Assembly: GCA_018304985.1 (NCBI GenBank)
Contig: JAGVWP010000003.1
Location: forward strand, 988 to 64,987
Reading direction: 5' to 3'
DNA: 64,000 nt
Source: Candidatus Pacearchaeota archaeon
GTDB lineage: Archaea > Nanobdellota > Nanobdellia > Pacearchaeales > GW2011-AR1
The translations under genes were made by a program, and so were the position numbers. The notes beneath the pieces were generated by a model. That model had not been told where the DNA came from. It ran no database searches and saw nothing but the letters and a program-made list of their open reading frames with translations. Every line of letters starts with the position of its first letter. Position 1 is the first letter of the stretch. Positions 44,503 to 54,188 of the stretch are shown piece by piece.

Positions 44503-44550
44503 AAATAAAAAGAACCTACGGTTCTTCTTATGACATCTCCATTTAGGGAG
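44503..44550 (+). repeat. family-1 hairpin repeat unit
   Basis: aaaataaaaagaacctacggttcttcttatgacatctccatttaggg. Confidence 0.7.
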
Positions 44551-44572
44551 ATAAATAGGATAATATTGAAAA

Positions 44573-45187
44573 ATGAAAATAGAAGAAGCACTACTAGAGA
44601 TTAGAAAGCAAGAGAAAAGAAAATTTGAGCAAAGCATAGATTTAATTATAAATCTAAAAAAATTTGATGTTAAAAAGAACACAATTAATCTTTTTGCAAA
44701 TCTTCCCCATAGAATAAAAGACAAGAGAATATGCGGGTTTATTGAATCAAAAACAAATTTAATAAATACAATTCCAAAAGCTGAATTTTCAAGATATAAT
44801 GATAAGAAAAAATTGAAAAATCTGATTAAAGATTATGATTTCTTTATTGCTTCAGCTCCAAATATGCCCTCAGTAGCTACAACTTTTGGAAGAGTTTTAG
44901 GACCGGCAGGAAAAATGCCCTCGCCAAAACTGGGAATACTTGTTAGCGAAAATGAAAAAGAGATAGGAAATCTTATTGAAAAAATTAACAATGTCACAAG
45001 AGTCCAGGCAAAAGAGCCTTCTATAAAAATTATTGTCGGTAAGGAAAAGATGAAAGATGAAGCCATTATAGAAAATATAAAATCAATTTATCAGGCAGTT
45101 TTGAATGAACTTCCAAATAAAAAAGAGCAGATAAGATCAGTTATGATTAAATTGACAATGGGCAAGCCGGTAAAGGTGGAGATGTAG
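44573..45187 (+). CDS. rpl1: ribosomal protein uL1
   Basis: FEQSIDLIINLKKFDVKK... Precedes P0 and P1. Confidence 0.9.
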   Translation: MKIEEALLEIRKQEKRKFEQSIDLIINLKKFDVKKNTINLFANLPHRIKDKRICGFIESKTNLINTIPKAEFSRYNDKKKLKNLIKDYDFFIASAPNMPSVATTFGRVLGPAGKMPSPKLGILVSENEKEIGNLIEKINNVTRVQAKEPSIKIIVGKEKMKDEAIIENIKSIYQAVLNELPNKKEQIRSVMIKLTMGKPVKVEM

Positions 45188-45198
45188 CTAAAATAAAA

Positions 45199-46044
45199 AT
45201 GGCAAGCAAAAAAAATTCAAAGTTAAATGCTAAAGAAGCTGCAAAGAGAGCTCCTGCAAAATACAAATTGCAGCAGGTAAAAAAGCTAGCCATGCTTATA
45301 GATGAGAATAAAACAATAATGTTTGCTTCCATTAAAAGCCTTCCTACAAAGCAATTTCAAAAAATAAAGAAAAACCTTGAAAAAGAGGTATTTTTTATTG
45401 TTGCTAAGAAAAATATTACAACAAGAGCTATAGAATCTTCAAAAAAACAAAATATCCATGAATTAAAAGACCATATTAAAGAAGATAATGCTATTTTAAT
45501 CTCTCAAATGGATGCTTTTGATCTGGCAGGAAAGCTGGCAGAAAGCAAAAGCCCGGTAAAAGCAAAAGTCGGGCAGATTGCTGAGATGGATATTCATATT
45601 GAGCCAGGACCAACAGAATTAGTTGCAGGACCTGTTGTAAGTGAGCTTGGAGCATTAGGATTAAAGATTGAAATTAAAGGCGGAAAGATTGAAATAAAAG
45701 AGGCAAAAATAATTGTTAAAAAAGGCCAGGCAATAAGCGAGGCTGCAACAAATATCATGGGAAAATTAAATATTCTGCCTTTTTCAGTCGGTTTTATACC
45801 TTTAGTTGCTTATGATTCTCAGTCAAATAAAATTTACACATCACTAATAATTGACAAAAAAGAAACACTAATTCAAATGAAGAATTATTTTGCAAAAGCA
45901 AAAGCTTTTGCTGTTTTAATAAATTATATCTCAAAAGATACTATTGGATTCTTGCTTGCAAAAGCTGCAAGCCATGAAAGAGCTATAGAATCTATAATCA
46001 ATGTTCCTCAAACAGAAACTAAATCAGAGGAAAAAAGTGAATAA
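45199..46044 (+). CDS. rplP0: ribosomal stalk protein uL10 (P0)
   Basis: 281 aa in the conserved L1-P0-P1 order. GALGLKIEIKGGKIEI motif. Confidence 0.85.
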   Translation: MASKKNSKLNAKEAAKRAPAKYKLQQVKKLAMLIDENKTIMFASIKSLPTKQFQKIKKNLEKEVFFIVAKKNITTRAIESSKKQNIHELKDHIKEDNAILISQMDAFDLAGKLAESKSPVKAKVGQIAEMDIHIEPGPTELVAGPVVSELGALGLKIEIKGGKIEIKEAKIIVKKGQAISEAATNIMGKLNILPFSVGFIPLVAYDSQSNKIYTSLIIDKKETLIQMKNYFAKAKAFAVLINYISKDTIGFLLAKAASHERAIESIINVPQTETKSEEKSE

Positions 46045-46049
46045 ATAAA

Positions 46050-46337
46050 ATGGAATACATATATGCAGCTCTTTTGTTGCACAAACTCCACCAGGAAGTT
46101 AATGAATCTAACTTGAAGAAAGTAGTTTCAGCTACAGGATCAAGTGTTGATGAAGGCAAGATAAAAGTTCTTGTCGCAAGTTTGAATGGTGTGAATATAG
46201 ACAAGGAACTGGAAAGCGTCGCTTTAATGGCAGCAACTCCAGCAGCACCTAGCGCAGGAGAGCATAAGAAAGAAGAGAAGAAAGAAGAAGAGAAAATGTC
46301 AGCTGCAGCTGAAGGTTTATCATCATTATTTGGATGA
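46050..46337 (+). CDS. rpl12: ribosomal stalk protein P1 (L12)
   Basis: MEYIYAALLLH... with C-terminal EEKKEEEKMSAAAEGLSSLFG. Confidence 0.9.
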   Translation: MEYIYAALLLHKLHQEVNESNLKKVVSATGSSVDEGKIKVLVASLNGVNIDKELESVALMAATPAAPSAGEHKKEEKKEEEKMSAAAEGLSSLFG

Positions 46338-46438
46338 TTTTAGATTTTTATATTTAATCTAAATAAAAGATAAACCTTTTAGTAGTAATAGCTAAGCTGA
46401 CATTTCTAATTATGATTCTAAAATGTTTTGAAAATAAG

Positions 46439-46636
46439 TCAAGATTTTTTAATAATAGAATATAAACCATAACCTATTGCTATTAATCCTAAAATGCTCA
46501 TTGTAAGATAAAACAATCCGGCTTCATATCCTAAGTAATTTACATAAATATAATTACGTATGATTATTAATAACCCAAATATTAAGATTAGAATATTTGC
46601 ACTTTTTTTAAGTTTATTTAATCTATTTTTTACCAT
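46439..46636 (-). CDS. small two-TM membrane protein
   Basis: Hydrophobic 65-aa ORF overlapping the upstream gene by 14 nt. Confidence 0.35.
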   Translation of the reverse strand: MVKNRLNKLKKSANILILIFGLLIIIRNYIYVNYLGYEAGLFYLTMSILGLIAIGYGLYSIIKKS

Positions 46637-47192
46637 TTTGTTTTTTTCTTTTATGCTTATTTACAAAATATATTATCCCAAAAAGCAGAGCAATAATTAC
46701 AACCTCTATGATTAATAACCAATATGATACTGACTTATTAAAGAGAACTTTTAATATTATAACCATTGTTAAAACTAACATGCCCAACATTAACAAAACC
46801 AAGATAGTTATATAGATTGTTTCGGATAAGCTTATCTTACTCTTTGAAGAATTTTTTAAGGCCTTGGGGACGAAAAATCTAAAATAAAGATAAAATAATG
46901 CTATAAACCCTAATGCTACAAAAATACCTAAAATATCCAGTTTTCTTTTAAACATAATATAATTTATAATCCACTGCAATATTGCTAAGATAGTTATGTA
47001 AATTGTCCATTCTTTTGCAAATTCTTTAGAACCTATTTGTGATTCTTTTCTTGGAAATAAAGACTTAAGAATTAATCCTATTACCCCAATTAAGAGAAAA
47101 GTTATAGCAATAGTAGATTTATTAAATAACCATAATAATAATCCTATTAATAACAATAAAGCACTGATAATATAATTTGTAGATTTTGCCAT
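46623..47192 (-). CDS. multi-TM membrane protein, hypothetical
   Basis: 189 aa with about 6 hydrophobic helices. Confidence 0.45.
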   Translation of the reverse strand: MAKSTNYIISALLLLIGLLLWLFNKSTIAITFLLIGVIGLILKSLFPRKESQIGSKEFAKEWTIYITILAILQWIINYIMFKRKLDILGIFVALGFIALFYLYFRFFVPKALKNSSKSKISLSETIYITILVLLMLGMLVLTMVIILKVLFNKSVSYWLLIIEVVIIALLFGIIYFVNKHKRKKQNGKK

Positions 47193-47283
47193 GATTTAGG
47201 CATATAGGACCTATTTATAAAATTATATATCTTCTAAGAGATTAAGATGAATATTTAAAAACTAAAAAACTATCCATTTGTAT

Positions 47284-47364
47284 GCCGACGTGGGACAATG
47301 GTACTCCACCTGCCTTGAGAGCAGGACCCTTACGGGTTTCCCGGTTCGATTCCGGGCGTCGGCG
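47284..47364 (+). tRNA. tRNA-Ser (UGA), manual fold
   Basis: Acceptor GCCGACG/CGUCGGC, anticodon arm CCUGC-CUUGAGA-GCAGG, long variable arm ACCCUUACGGGUUU, T arm CCCGG-UUCGAUU-CCGGG, discriminator G. Confidence 0.8.
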
Positions 47365-47446
47365 TATAGAAAAAGTTGTGTGCCGTTCAGAAGGCGGATT
47401 TTAATAGCCAAATAAAGTATATAAATCAGAGAAATATTTATGGTAA

Positions 47447-47770
47447 ATGATTGAGACTCTAGAAGAACTAAAAAATTTCTTTAAGGAGATTGAAAAAGAG
47501 AGTATTATCTTTAAGAAGCACTTCTATGATAAAAAAGAAAGTGAAAGAGAATACCTAAGCGAGAAACTAATTATAGATAACATTAAGAATATTAATAAGA
47601 TTATAGGGTTTCAAAAACAATTAGTTAAAAATGAAACCTTGTATAGAATAGGCATTAAATTAAGTAATAAATATACTTTAGTCGTTGTATTCAAGATTGA
47701 AGATAAAGATTTATATATTATAACTGCCTGGAAAACATATAGAAAATGGCAAAAAGCAATACAAAATTAA
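47447..47770 (+). CDS. putative toxin (DUF4258-like) of a two-gene TA-type pair
   Basis: 107 aa. FKKHFYDKKESER...LVVVFKIEDKDLYIITAW pattern. Overlaps the downstream DUF2283-like gene by 25 nt. Confidence 0.35.
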   Translation: MIETLEELKNFFKEIEKESIIFKKHFYDKKESEREYLSEKLIIDNIKNINKIIGFQKQLVKNETLYRIGIKLSNKYTLVVVFKIEDKDLYIITAWKTYRKWQKAIQN

Positions 47771-48096
47771 GTTATGATAGAGAAGAAGATATTTTAAATT
47801 TATCTAGAGGCATCTCTTCCCAGGCATCTATTGAAGTGGGAGACTTTATTATTGATATAGATTCTAATGGATTTGTCTCTGCATTGGAAATCTTAAATGC
47901 AAGTGAAAACCTTAATTTTAATCCAGAATTGCTCAATAATCTTGAAAAAGCCAATATGAGTGTTTTATATAAGCCCGATTATATTCAGATTATTCTTACC
48001 TTTTACTTTCAAGGCAAAGAAAAAGAAGTAGTTATACCATTAACTGTTGACCTTGGACATAAGCATTCTCATAAAGAAGAAATGATTTTTGCTTGA
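47746..48096 (+). CDS. DUF2283-like protein (putative antitoxin partner)
   Basis: LSYDREEDILNLS...GDFIIDIDSNGFVSALEILNASE matches the YDxExDxL...D.D..G.....EIL.AS pattern. Confidence 0.55.
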   Translation: MAKSNTKLSYDREEDILNLSRGISSQASIEVGDFIIDIDSNGFVSALEILNASENLNFNPELLNNLEKANMSVLYKPDYIQIILTFYFQGKEKEVVIPLTVDLGHKHSHKEEMIFA

Positions 48097-48149
48097 TATT
48101 CTTATAATCCCAACTAAATCAAACCAGTGCATGACTTTCTTCTGGGGCA

Positions 48150-48161
48150 GGGCGTCGGCGT
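48150..48161 (+). repeat. direct repeat of the tRNA-Ser 3' end (att-like)
   Basis: GGGCGTCGGCGT is identical to 47354-47365. A GC-rich 12-mer in AT-rich DNA. Confidence 0.5.
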
Positions 48162-48230
48162 TCTCGCCCGGAATATAAGTTATATTTTAAGTTGTATAAA
48201 TCTTTAAAAATAAACAATCTATCTAAGTAG

Positions 48231-48818
48231 ATGGGCATTGTTACTGAATTTCCATTAACAAATGATGGAGATGTTAGAATATTTCAAAGAGATGAAGCAA
48301 CTGGAAAAGATGTAAGGAGATTTATTGCTCATTATGAATTTAGATCGGATTTGTTTACTCATACTCTTTTATATTTCTTACAAACAAGAAATCCAGTTCC
48401 ATATCAGAATGATTGGAATAAAGAATGGTATAAGGGAGGATTTGAATATGATGAATTAGAAATTCCTAATAATGTATTAAATTCTATATTAAGAAATCAT
48501 GAAAAAGGGAAATTATTAAGATTAATGCATGATGGAAGAAAGTTTGATTGTACATTAGAAAGAAAAAGTTGGATAAGAAATCAAATATTTGGTAAATTAG
48601 TTGTTCCAAAAATAGATTCTAAAGGAAATTTAATCTATATCGATGCTCAAACATTAACAGATTTAGGAGAACCTTCAATAACACTTGATTTAACAGGAGT
48701 TAATGCAATGCATAAGGCTCTTCTTTGTCATATGTTAAATAATTGCAGGGGACAAAGAGATGAACCTGGAAATATTTACTCTACCTTCCCATTTCAAGCT
48801 TATTCTATTAATCAATAA
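48231..48818 (+). CDS. hypothetical protein
   Basis: 195-aa ORF with no recognisable motif. Confidence 0.4.
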   Translation: MGIVTEFPLTNDGDVRIFQRDEATGKDVRRFIAHYEFRSDLFTHTLLYFLQTRNPVPYQNDWNKEWYKGGFEYDELEIPNNVLNSILRNHEKGKLLRLMHDGRKFDCTLERKSWIRNQIFGKLVVPKIDSKGNLIYIDAQTLTDLGEPSITLDLTGVNAMHKALLCHMLNNCRGQRDEPGNIYSTFPFQAYSINQ

Positions 48819-48908
48819 CCTTTTTATATCCAGAAAAGCTATATTTTTAATAAAAGTTTGATTAAACAAAAAAGAGGTTACAATTCTTAAAACAGTAATT
48901 TTTATAAA

Positions 48909-49463
48909 ATGATCAAAAAATTCTCCAATTTCAAATATCCAAAACTTACTATGCTTATTTTAGTGATAATTCTTGCATATATCTTATTTAGCAACCCATC
49001 TGTCCAGAACTTTATATCTAATCTTGGATCACTTAGTTATCTAGGCATATTTATTGCAGGAATGTTTTTTTCTTTTGGTTTCACAGCCCCTTTTTCTGCA
49101 GGTTTCTTTTTAATATTAAATACTCCAAATATCTGGATTGCAGGAATAATTGGGGGATTGGGCGCTTTAATTTCAGATTTATTAATATTTGAGTTCATAA
49201 AGATTTCATTTAAAGATGAATTTAATCTATTGAAAAAAACTAAGATTATGAAAAGTACTGGTTTCGTAATTCAAAGAATCCTTGGAGCAAAAATTACAAA
49301 CTACCTTGTTTATTTATTTGCAGGTATTTTAATTGCATCGCCTTTACCTGATGAAATAGGAATAATTATATTGGCAGGCCTTACAAGGATTAACTTGAAA
49401 ATTTTAACTATTATAAGTTTTGTATTAAATACTATTGGAATTATTATTTTGCTGGCCTTATAG
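48909..49463 (+). CDS. integral membrane protein, hypothetical
   Basis: 184 aa with about 5 TM helices. Confidence 0.45.
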   Translation: MIKKFSNFKYPKLTMLILVIILAYILFSNPSVQNFISNLGSLSYLGIFIAGMFFSFGFTAPFSAGFFLILNTPNIWIAGIIGGLGALISDLLIFEFIKISFKDEFNLLKKTKIMKSTGFVIQRILGAKITNYLVYLFAGILIASPLPDEIGIIILAGLTRINLKILTIISFVLNTIGIIILLAL

Positions 49464-49587
49464 TGTTAAATGAAATCAAAGAGACTTCCTTAGCTCATTA
49501 GATAAAAATATTTTTTAGGCAGATTAAATGGAAAAGGTGAGATTTTTAAACTAGAACATTTTTAATTATAAGGAGTAAATAAAAAAG

Positions 49588-51300
49588 ATGGAAAGCATAT
49601 TTTTGCAGATAAGCATAGCCTTACTTGTTGTCTTAGGAATTTCTTTTTTAATGAGATTGTTAAAACAGCCCTTAATAATCGGCTATATAATCTCAGGCAT
49701 AATTATTGGGCCTTTTTTATTTAATCTTCTTCCACATAAAGAGACTTTAGAAATATTCTCTCAATTTGGAATTGCCTTTCTTTTATTTATTGTAGGAATA
49801 CATTTAAATCCAAAAACAATAAGGGAAGTGGGCAAGATTTCTTTAATAACTGGGATAGGGCAGGTTATCTTTACCTCTATAATAGGTTATTTTATAGGCA
49901 TCTTTCTAGGTTTTTCTCCTATAACTTCGATTTATATTGCCGTTGCTTTAACATTTTCATCAACAATAATTATAATGAAGCTTTTATCTGACAAAGATGC
50001 TTTAGATAAATTATTTGGCAAAATTTCAATAGGGTTCTTGCTTGTCCAGGATCTTATTGCAATTGTAATATTAATTATTATCTCTTCATTTTCAAATGGG
50101 GGAAGTGCAACAAGTTTAATCTTCTCTACATTAGTTAAAGGTATTATTATATTTGCAGTTTTATTTCCTTTTAGCTATTTTATTCTTCCAAAATTAAGCT
50201 CCTTCTTCGCTAAATCTCAAGAGTTTCTTTTTGTTTTTGCAATATCCTGGGGATTAGGCCTTTCTGCATTATTTTTATATATTGGATTTTCAATAGAAGT
50301 TGGAGCTTTAATTGCCGGCATAATGCTTTCCATGTCTTCTTATAGCTATGAAATTAGCTCTAAACTTAGATCTTTAAGAGATTTCTTTATCATATCCTTT
50401 TTTATTTTATTAGGCTCCCAGATGGTATTTAGTAATCTCTCTTCTCTTTGGCTACCTGCGGTTATCTTTTCTTTATTCATTCTTATAGGGAATCCGCTCA
50501 TAGTAATGATACTTATGGGTATTTTTGGGTATAGTAAAAACACAGGTTTTATGGCAGGCCTGACAGTTGCTCAAATAAGCGAATTTTCTTTAATCCTAAT
50601 TGCATTGGGGGTAAAAGCAGGCCATATTACAAACGAAATTCTCTCATTTGTTACTTTAATCGGATTAGTGACAATTGCTGGATCAACTTATCTTATTATA
50701 TACTCTGATAAAATCTATCCTTTTGTATCAGGATATCTTAATATATTTGAGAAAAAGAAATTAAGGGAAAAAGAAATTAAAATTAAAGAATATGATTATA
50801 TTTTGCTTGGAGAGAATAGAATTGGATTCTCCATAATGAAATCTTTTGTAAATTTGAAAAAAAACTACTTAGTAGTAGACTTCAATCCAGAAAGAGTTAA
50901 AAGATTAAATTCAAAAGGCATCTCTTGTATTTACGGAGATATTTCAAATTCAGAATTTCTTGAAAGTATAAAAATAGAAAAGGCGAGGATTATAGTGTCA
51001 ACAATTCCTGAAATGGAGATAAATATGATGCTCATAGATGAAGTAAGAAAGAAAAATAAAGGCAGCATAATTATAGTTACTGCAAGACAAATTTCTGATG
51101 CATTTGAATTGTATAAAGCTGGAGCAGATTATGTTATTCTTCCACATTTCTTGGGTGGAGAACATACTGCAAGAATTATTGAGAAGGCAAGAGAAAACAA
51201 AAAAGAGTATGAAATAGAAAGAAAAAAGCAGATAAAAGAGCTAAAAGAGAGATTAAAAGAGGGGCATGAACACCCAAAAGTTGAGAAGGATAGACGATAA
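49588..51300 (+). CDS. cation:proton antiporter (CPA2/Kef-type) with a C-terminal RCK/TrkA-N domain
   Basis: About 12 TM helices (QPLIIGYIISGIIIGP...), then a Rossmann-like YDYILLGENRIGFSI...VVDFNPERV. Confidence 0.8.
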   Translation: MESIFLQISIALLVVLGISFLMRLLKQPLIIGYIISGIIIGPFLFNLLPHKETLEIFSQFGIAFLLFIVGIHLNPKTIREVGKISLITGIGQVIFTSIIGYFIGIFLGFSPITSIYIAVALTFSSTIIIMKLLSDKDALDKLFGKISIGFLLVQDLIAIVILIIISSFSNGGSATSLIFSTLVKGIIIFAVLFPFSYFILPKLSSFFAKSQEFLFVFAISWGLGLSALFLYIGFSIEVGALIAGIMLSMSSYSYEISSKLRSLRDFFIISFFILLGSQMVFSNLSSLWLPAVIFSLFILIGNPLIVMILMGIFGYSKNTGFMAGLTVAQISEFSLILIALGVKAGHITNEILSFVTLIGLVTIAGSTYLIIYSDKIYPFVSGYLNIFEKKKLREKEIKIKEYDYILLGENRIGFSIMKSFVNLKKNYLVVDFNPERVKRLNSKGISCIYGDISNSEFLESIKIEKARIIVSTIPEMEINMMLIDEVRKKNKGSIIIVTARQISDAFELYKAGADYVILPHFLGGEHTARIIEKARENKKEYEIERKKQIKELKERLKEGHEHPKVEKDRR

Positions 51301-51320
51301 ATGAGATTAGTATTGTATAG

Positions 51321-51390
51321 ATTCAAAAACATCTTGAAATCATGCCATATCCTTGCCTAACTTATTATATGAAAGTGCTTGATTATAATC
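51321..51390 (+). repeat. family-2 repeat (reference copy)
   Basis: attcaaaaacatcttgaaatcatgccatatccttgcctaacttattatatgaaagtgcttgattataatc. Confidence 0.6.
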
Positions 51391-51450
51391 TAGACTAGTT
51401 ATTTTAATTTTAATAAACTATTTTAGTATTAATATATTTTCAAATGATCT

Positions 51451-52938
51451 TTATCTCACAATTATAACCTTATTCTTCTTGTAAAAATCAACAGCGTCTT
51501 TCAGCTTTTTATCTGAAGAAGAATATATTGTTAATATTTCCTCTCCTTTTTTTATCTTTTCGCCAAGATGCTTCCAAAGATATAACCCTGCTTTCTTGTC
51601 ATTCGGCGAGCCGGCAACTCTCGCAAGAAGATTTATTCTCTTATTATCAATATCAACAATCTTTGCATTTTTTTCTGAATAAATTATATGAGAAAATTTG
51701 GCAAGCATTAGTTTATTTTTTGAGAGATTTCCTTTTTGCGCTTCAACAATCTCTTTAAATTTGTCAAAGGCCTTTCCTGAAACTAATACTTCTTCAGCCA
51801 TTTTATAGCCCTTGCCTTTCTTAGCCTTATTACATAATTCTAAAATTTCTCCTGCAAGAAAAACTGCTTTTTTCCTCAAGTCTTTAGGATGTTCTGGCTG
51901 ATTTTTCAAAATAGAAATAATATCTCTTAATTCAGGGATCGGACCAATTCCGTGGCCTATTGGCTGGCTTCCGTTTGTTATAACACACTTAATTTTAAGA
52001 TTAAATCTTTTTCCAATTGTTTCGAATTTATTTTTTAATTTAATAGCCTGTTTTTTATTGACTTTTGCATATTTTCCGTATGGAATATCTATCAAAACAT
52101 ACTTGCTGCCTACTGAAAGCTTTTTTGCAAGTATTGATGCAATTAAATTTGGTTCTGGATCAATACTTATAAGATTTTCAACTCTTATTATTTTATCATC
52201 TGCTGGAGCAAAACCTAAAGCTCCGCCCCAAACCATACAGGCGTTTGTTTTTCGGACTATTTTTTCAATTTCCTCTTTAGTAAGGTTAACTTTACAAATA
52301 GCCTCCATAACATCTGCTGTTCCGGCTGCAGAAGTAATTGCTCTTGAAGATGTTTTTGGCATAATTAATCCGGCTGCAGCGCATATTGGGACAACTATAG
52401 GAGTTGTTCTGTTTCCTGCAATACCTCCAATGCTGTGTTTATCAACAATTAACTTATTTTTTAAATTAAGGTTCAATTTTTTCCCGGTATTAAATACTGC
52501 TTTTGTCAGCCAAGTTATCTCATTTATATCCATTCCTCTTTCATATATCGCTGAAATAAAAAATGCAATTTCAGTTTCTGGAAGAGCATTATCAACAATA
52601 TCTTTCACTATCTGATAAATCTCTTTTTCATTTAATTTTTCTCCAAGAAGTTTTTTATTAATAATCTGGTTTGCACTTTGTGTTGCCTTAGCTAAGGATA
52701 TTTCAACAAATTCGTTATTTTTTATCCTAAGAAAATCAATTATTTCTTTTGACAGCACAATATGCCCTTTCTCCGCTATGTTAGAAGATAAATCAAAAAG
52801 AGAAATAAGTTTCCCATGCTTTGAATTAATAATTATTCTTTCATCAACTCTCACGCCAAGTATTTTAGCATCAATTTCATTAATTATTGCAATAGGCCTT
52901 CCTGCGGATAATCCAGAGGATTTTACTTTAAGTTTCAT
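51451..52938 (-). CDS. deoA: AMP phosphorylase (thymidine phosphorylase family, archaeal type)
   Basis: N-terminal extension MKLKVKSSGLSAGRPIAIINEIDAKILGV plus DKHSIGGIAGNRTTPIVVPI...TSSRAITSAAGTADVME. Confidence 0.75.
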   Translation of the reverse strand: MKLKVKSSGLSAGRPIAIINEIDAKILGVRVDERIIINSKHGKLISLFDLSSNIAEKGHIVLSKEIIDFLRIKNNEFVEISLAKATQSANQIINKKLLGEKLNEKEIYQIVKDIVDNALPETEIAFFISAIYERGMDINEITWLTKAVFNTGKKLNLNLKNKLIVDKHSIGGIAGNRTTPIVVPICAAAGLIMPKTSSRAITSAAGTADVMEAICKVNLTKEEIEKIVRKTNACMVWGGALGFAPADDKIIRVENLISIDPEPNLIASILAKKLSVGSKYVLIDIPYGKYAKVNKKQAIKLKNKFETIGKRFNLKIKCVITNGSQPIGHGIGPIPELRDIISILKNQPEHPKDLRKKAVFLAGEILELCNKAKKGKGYKMAEEVLVSGKAFDKFKEIVEAQKGNLSKNKLMLAKFSHIIYSEKNAKIVDIDNKRINLLARVAGSPNDKKAGLYLWKHLGEKIKKGEEILTIYSSSDKKLKDAVDFYKKNKVIIVR

Positions 52939-53046
52939 CTCTTTTTATAATAATTAATTTAGATTGGTTACGCTAAAAATAAGAAATTGGGGTTTTTATA
53001 ATTTGTTTAAATTATTATTAAAGTTAGATAATCTCTTTAGTCATTA

Positions 53047-54075
53047 TTAATCATGATTTCTATTAACATTCTCCTCCAAATAAATTTCAAACAAAACTAC
53101 AATATAAGCAACTATCAGTGGCCCTAATAGGATACCAAATATACCGAATGTGATTATTCCCCCTATAATGCCAATTAATGTTAAAGATGTTGGAAGTTTT
53201 GATCTTTTTGAGACAAGTAATGGTGTGGCTAGGTTCTCAAAAACAGTTACAAATATAATTGAGTAAAATAAAAGAAATATTGCTGAAGTTGTATGTCCTG
53301 CAACAAACAAACCCACTACAACGGGAATCCATATTGCCCAAGGACCTATCATTGGAATGATACTAGCAATAATTGCCAAAAAAGAAAGAAGCAAAGCACT
53401 TTTTACACCTGCAATAAAAAATCCTATTCCTGCAAGAATACCTACAGCTATTCCAATAACAACTCGGCCGTAAACAACTGAAAAAGTAACATCTTTTGAT
53501 TTTTGGATGAATCTATTTGTTGTAGCTTTATTAAAAGGAAGGGAGTCTTTCAAGAGATTTATCAGTTTATCTCCATCTCTTAATCCGTAAAAAAAGGTTA
53601 TTAGGACAACTAGGGCTTTTAATGCCAGTGAAGGAAGATTAATAAGGATACTTGTAAGTTTTTCCAGGCTAATTTTGGCGGAATTTGATATAAAATTATT
53701 ATATGCCGCTACAAAATTAGCGCTTACTTGGGGAGAAGAGAAAAATGGGGGGAATAATCTTTTTAATAAACCTATAGTATCAAAAGTCTGCAATCCGACA
53801 TATGCATCAAATATCTGGTTAATTAAAAGAGGAATTGAAAACCATAAAATGCCGAATATCACTGCTAGAACAACTAATCCGGTCACTAAAGCAGAGATAG
53901 TTTTATTTTTTATTTTTAATGAAAGATATTTATGGATTGGGTAACAAGCATAAGCCAAGATAAGGCCAAGAACTATTGACATAAATATCGGCCTGATTAA
54001 AATAAAGGTAAAAGCTAGCAAAATAACGATAAAAATTCCTGCAATAAACTGCTTAACTAGCTTTTCGTCAACCAT
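53047..54075 (-). CDS. AI-2E family transporter (PerM/UPF0118)
   Basis: 342 aa with about 8 TM helices and the typical layout (LRPIFMSIVLGLILAYACYPI...). Confidence 0.65.
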   Translation of the reverse strand: MVDEKLVKQFIAGIFIVILLAFTFILIRPIFMSIVLGLILAYACYPIHKYLSLKIKNKTISALVTGLVVLAVIFGILWFSIPLLINQIFDAYVGLQTFDTIGLLKRLFPPFFSSPQVSANFVAAYNNFISNSAKISLEKLTSILINLPSLALKALVVLITFFYGLRDGDKLINLLKDSLPFNKATTNRFIQKSKDVTFSVVYGRVVIGIAVGILAGIGFFIAGVKSALLLSFLAIIASIIPMIGPWAIWIPVVVGLFVAGHTTSAIFLLFYSIIFVTVFENLATPLLVSKRSKLPTSLTLIGIIGGIITFGIFGILLGPLIVAYIVVLFEIYLEENVNRNHD

Positions 54076-54188
54076 AATTTTATGTATACTGTGATATATA
54101 TAAAACTTTGCAGTATTCCTTTATCTTATTAGTTTAATTTATAACTCATAAAGTAAATATTTATAAATCTAATTTAAAGAATATAATA

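Noticed and set aside
44452-44724. 90-aa minus-strand ORF overlapping the rpl1 start region
   Set aside because: It overlaps a family-1 repeat and the 5' end of rpl1 and has no motif. It is most likely spurious.
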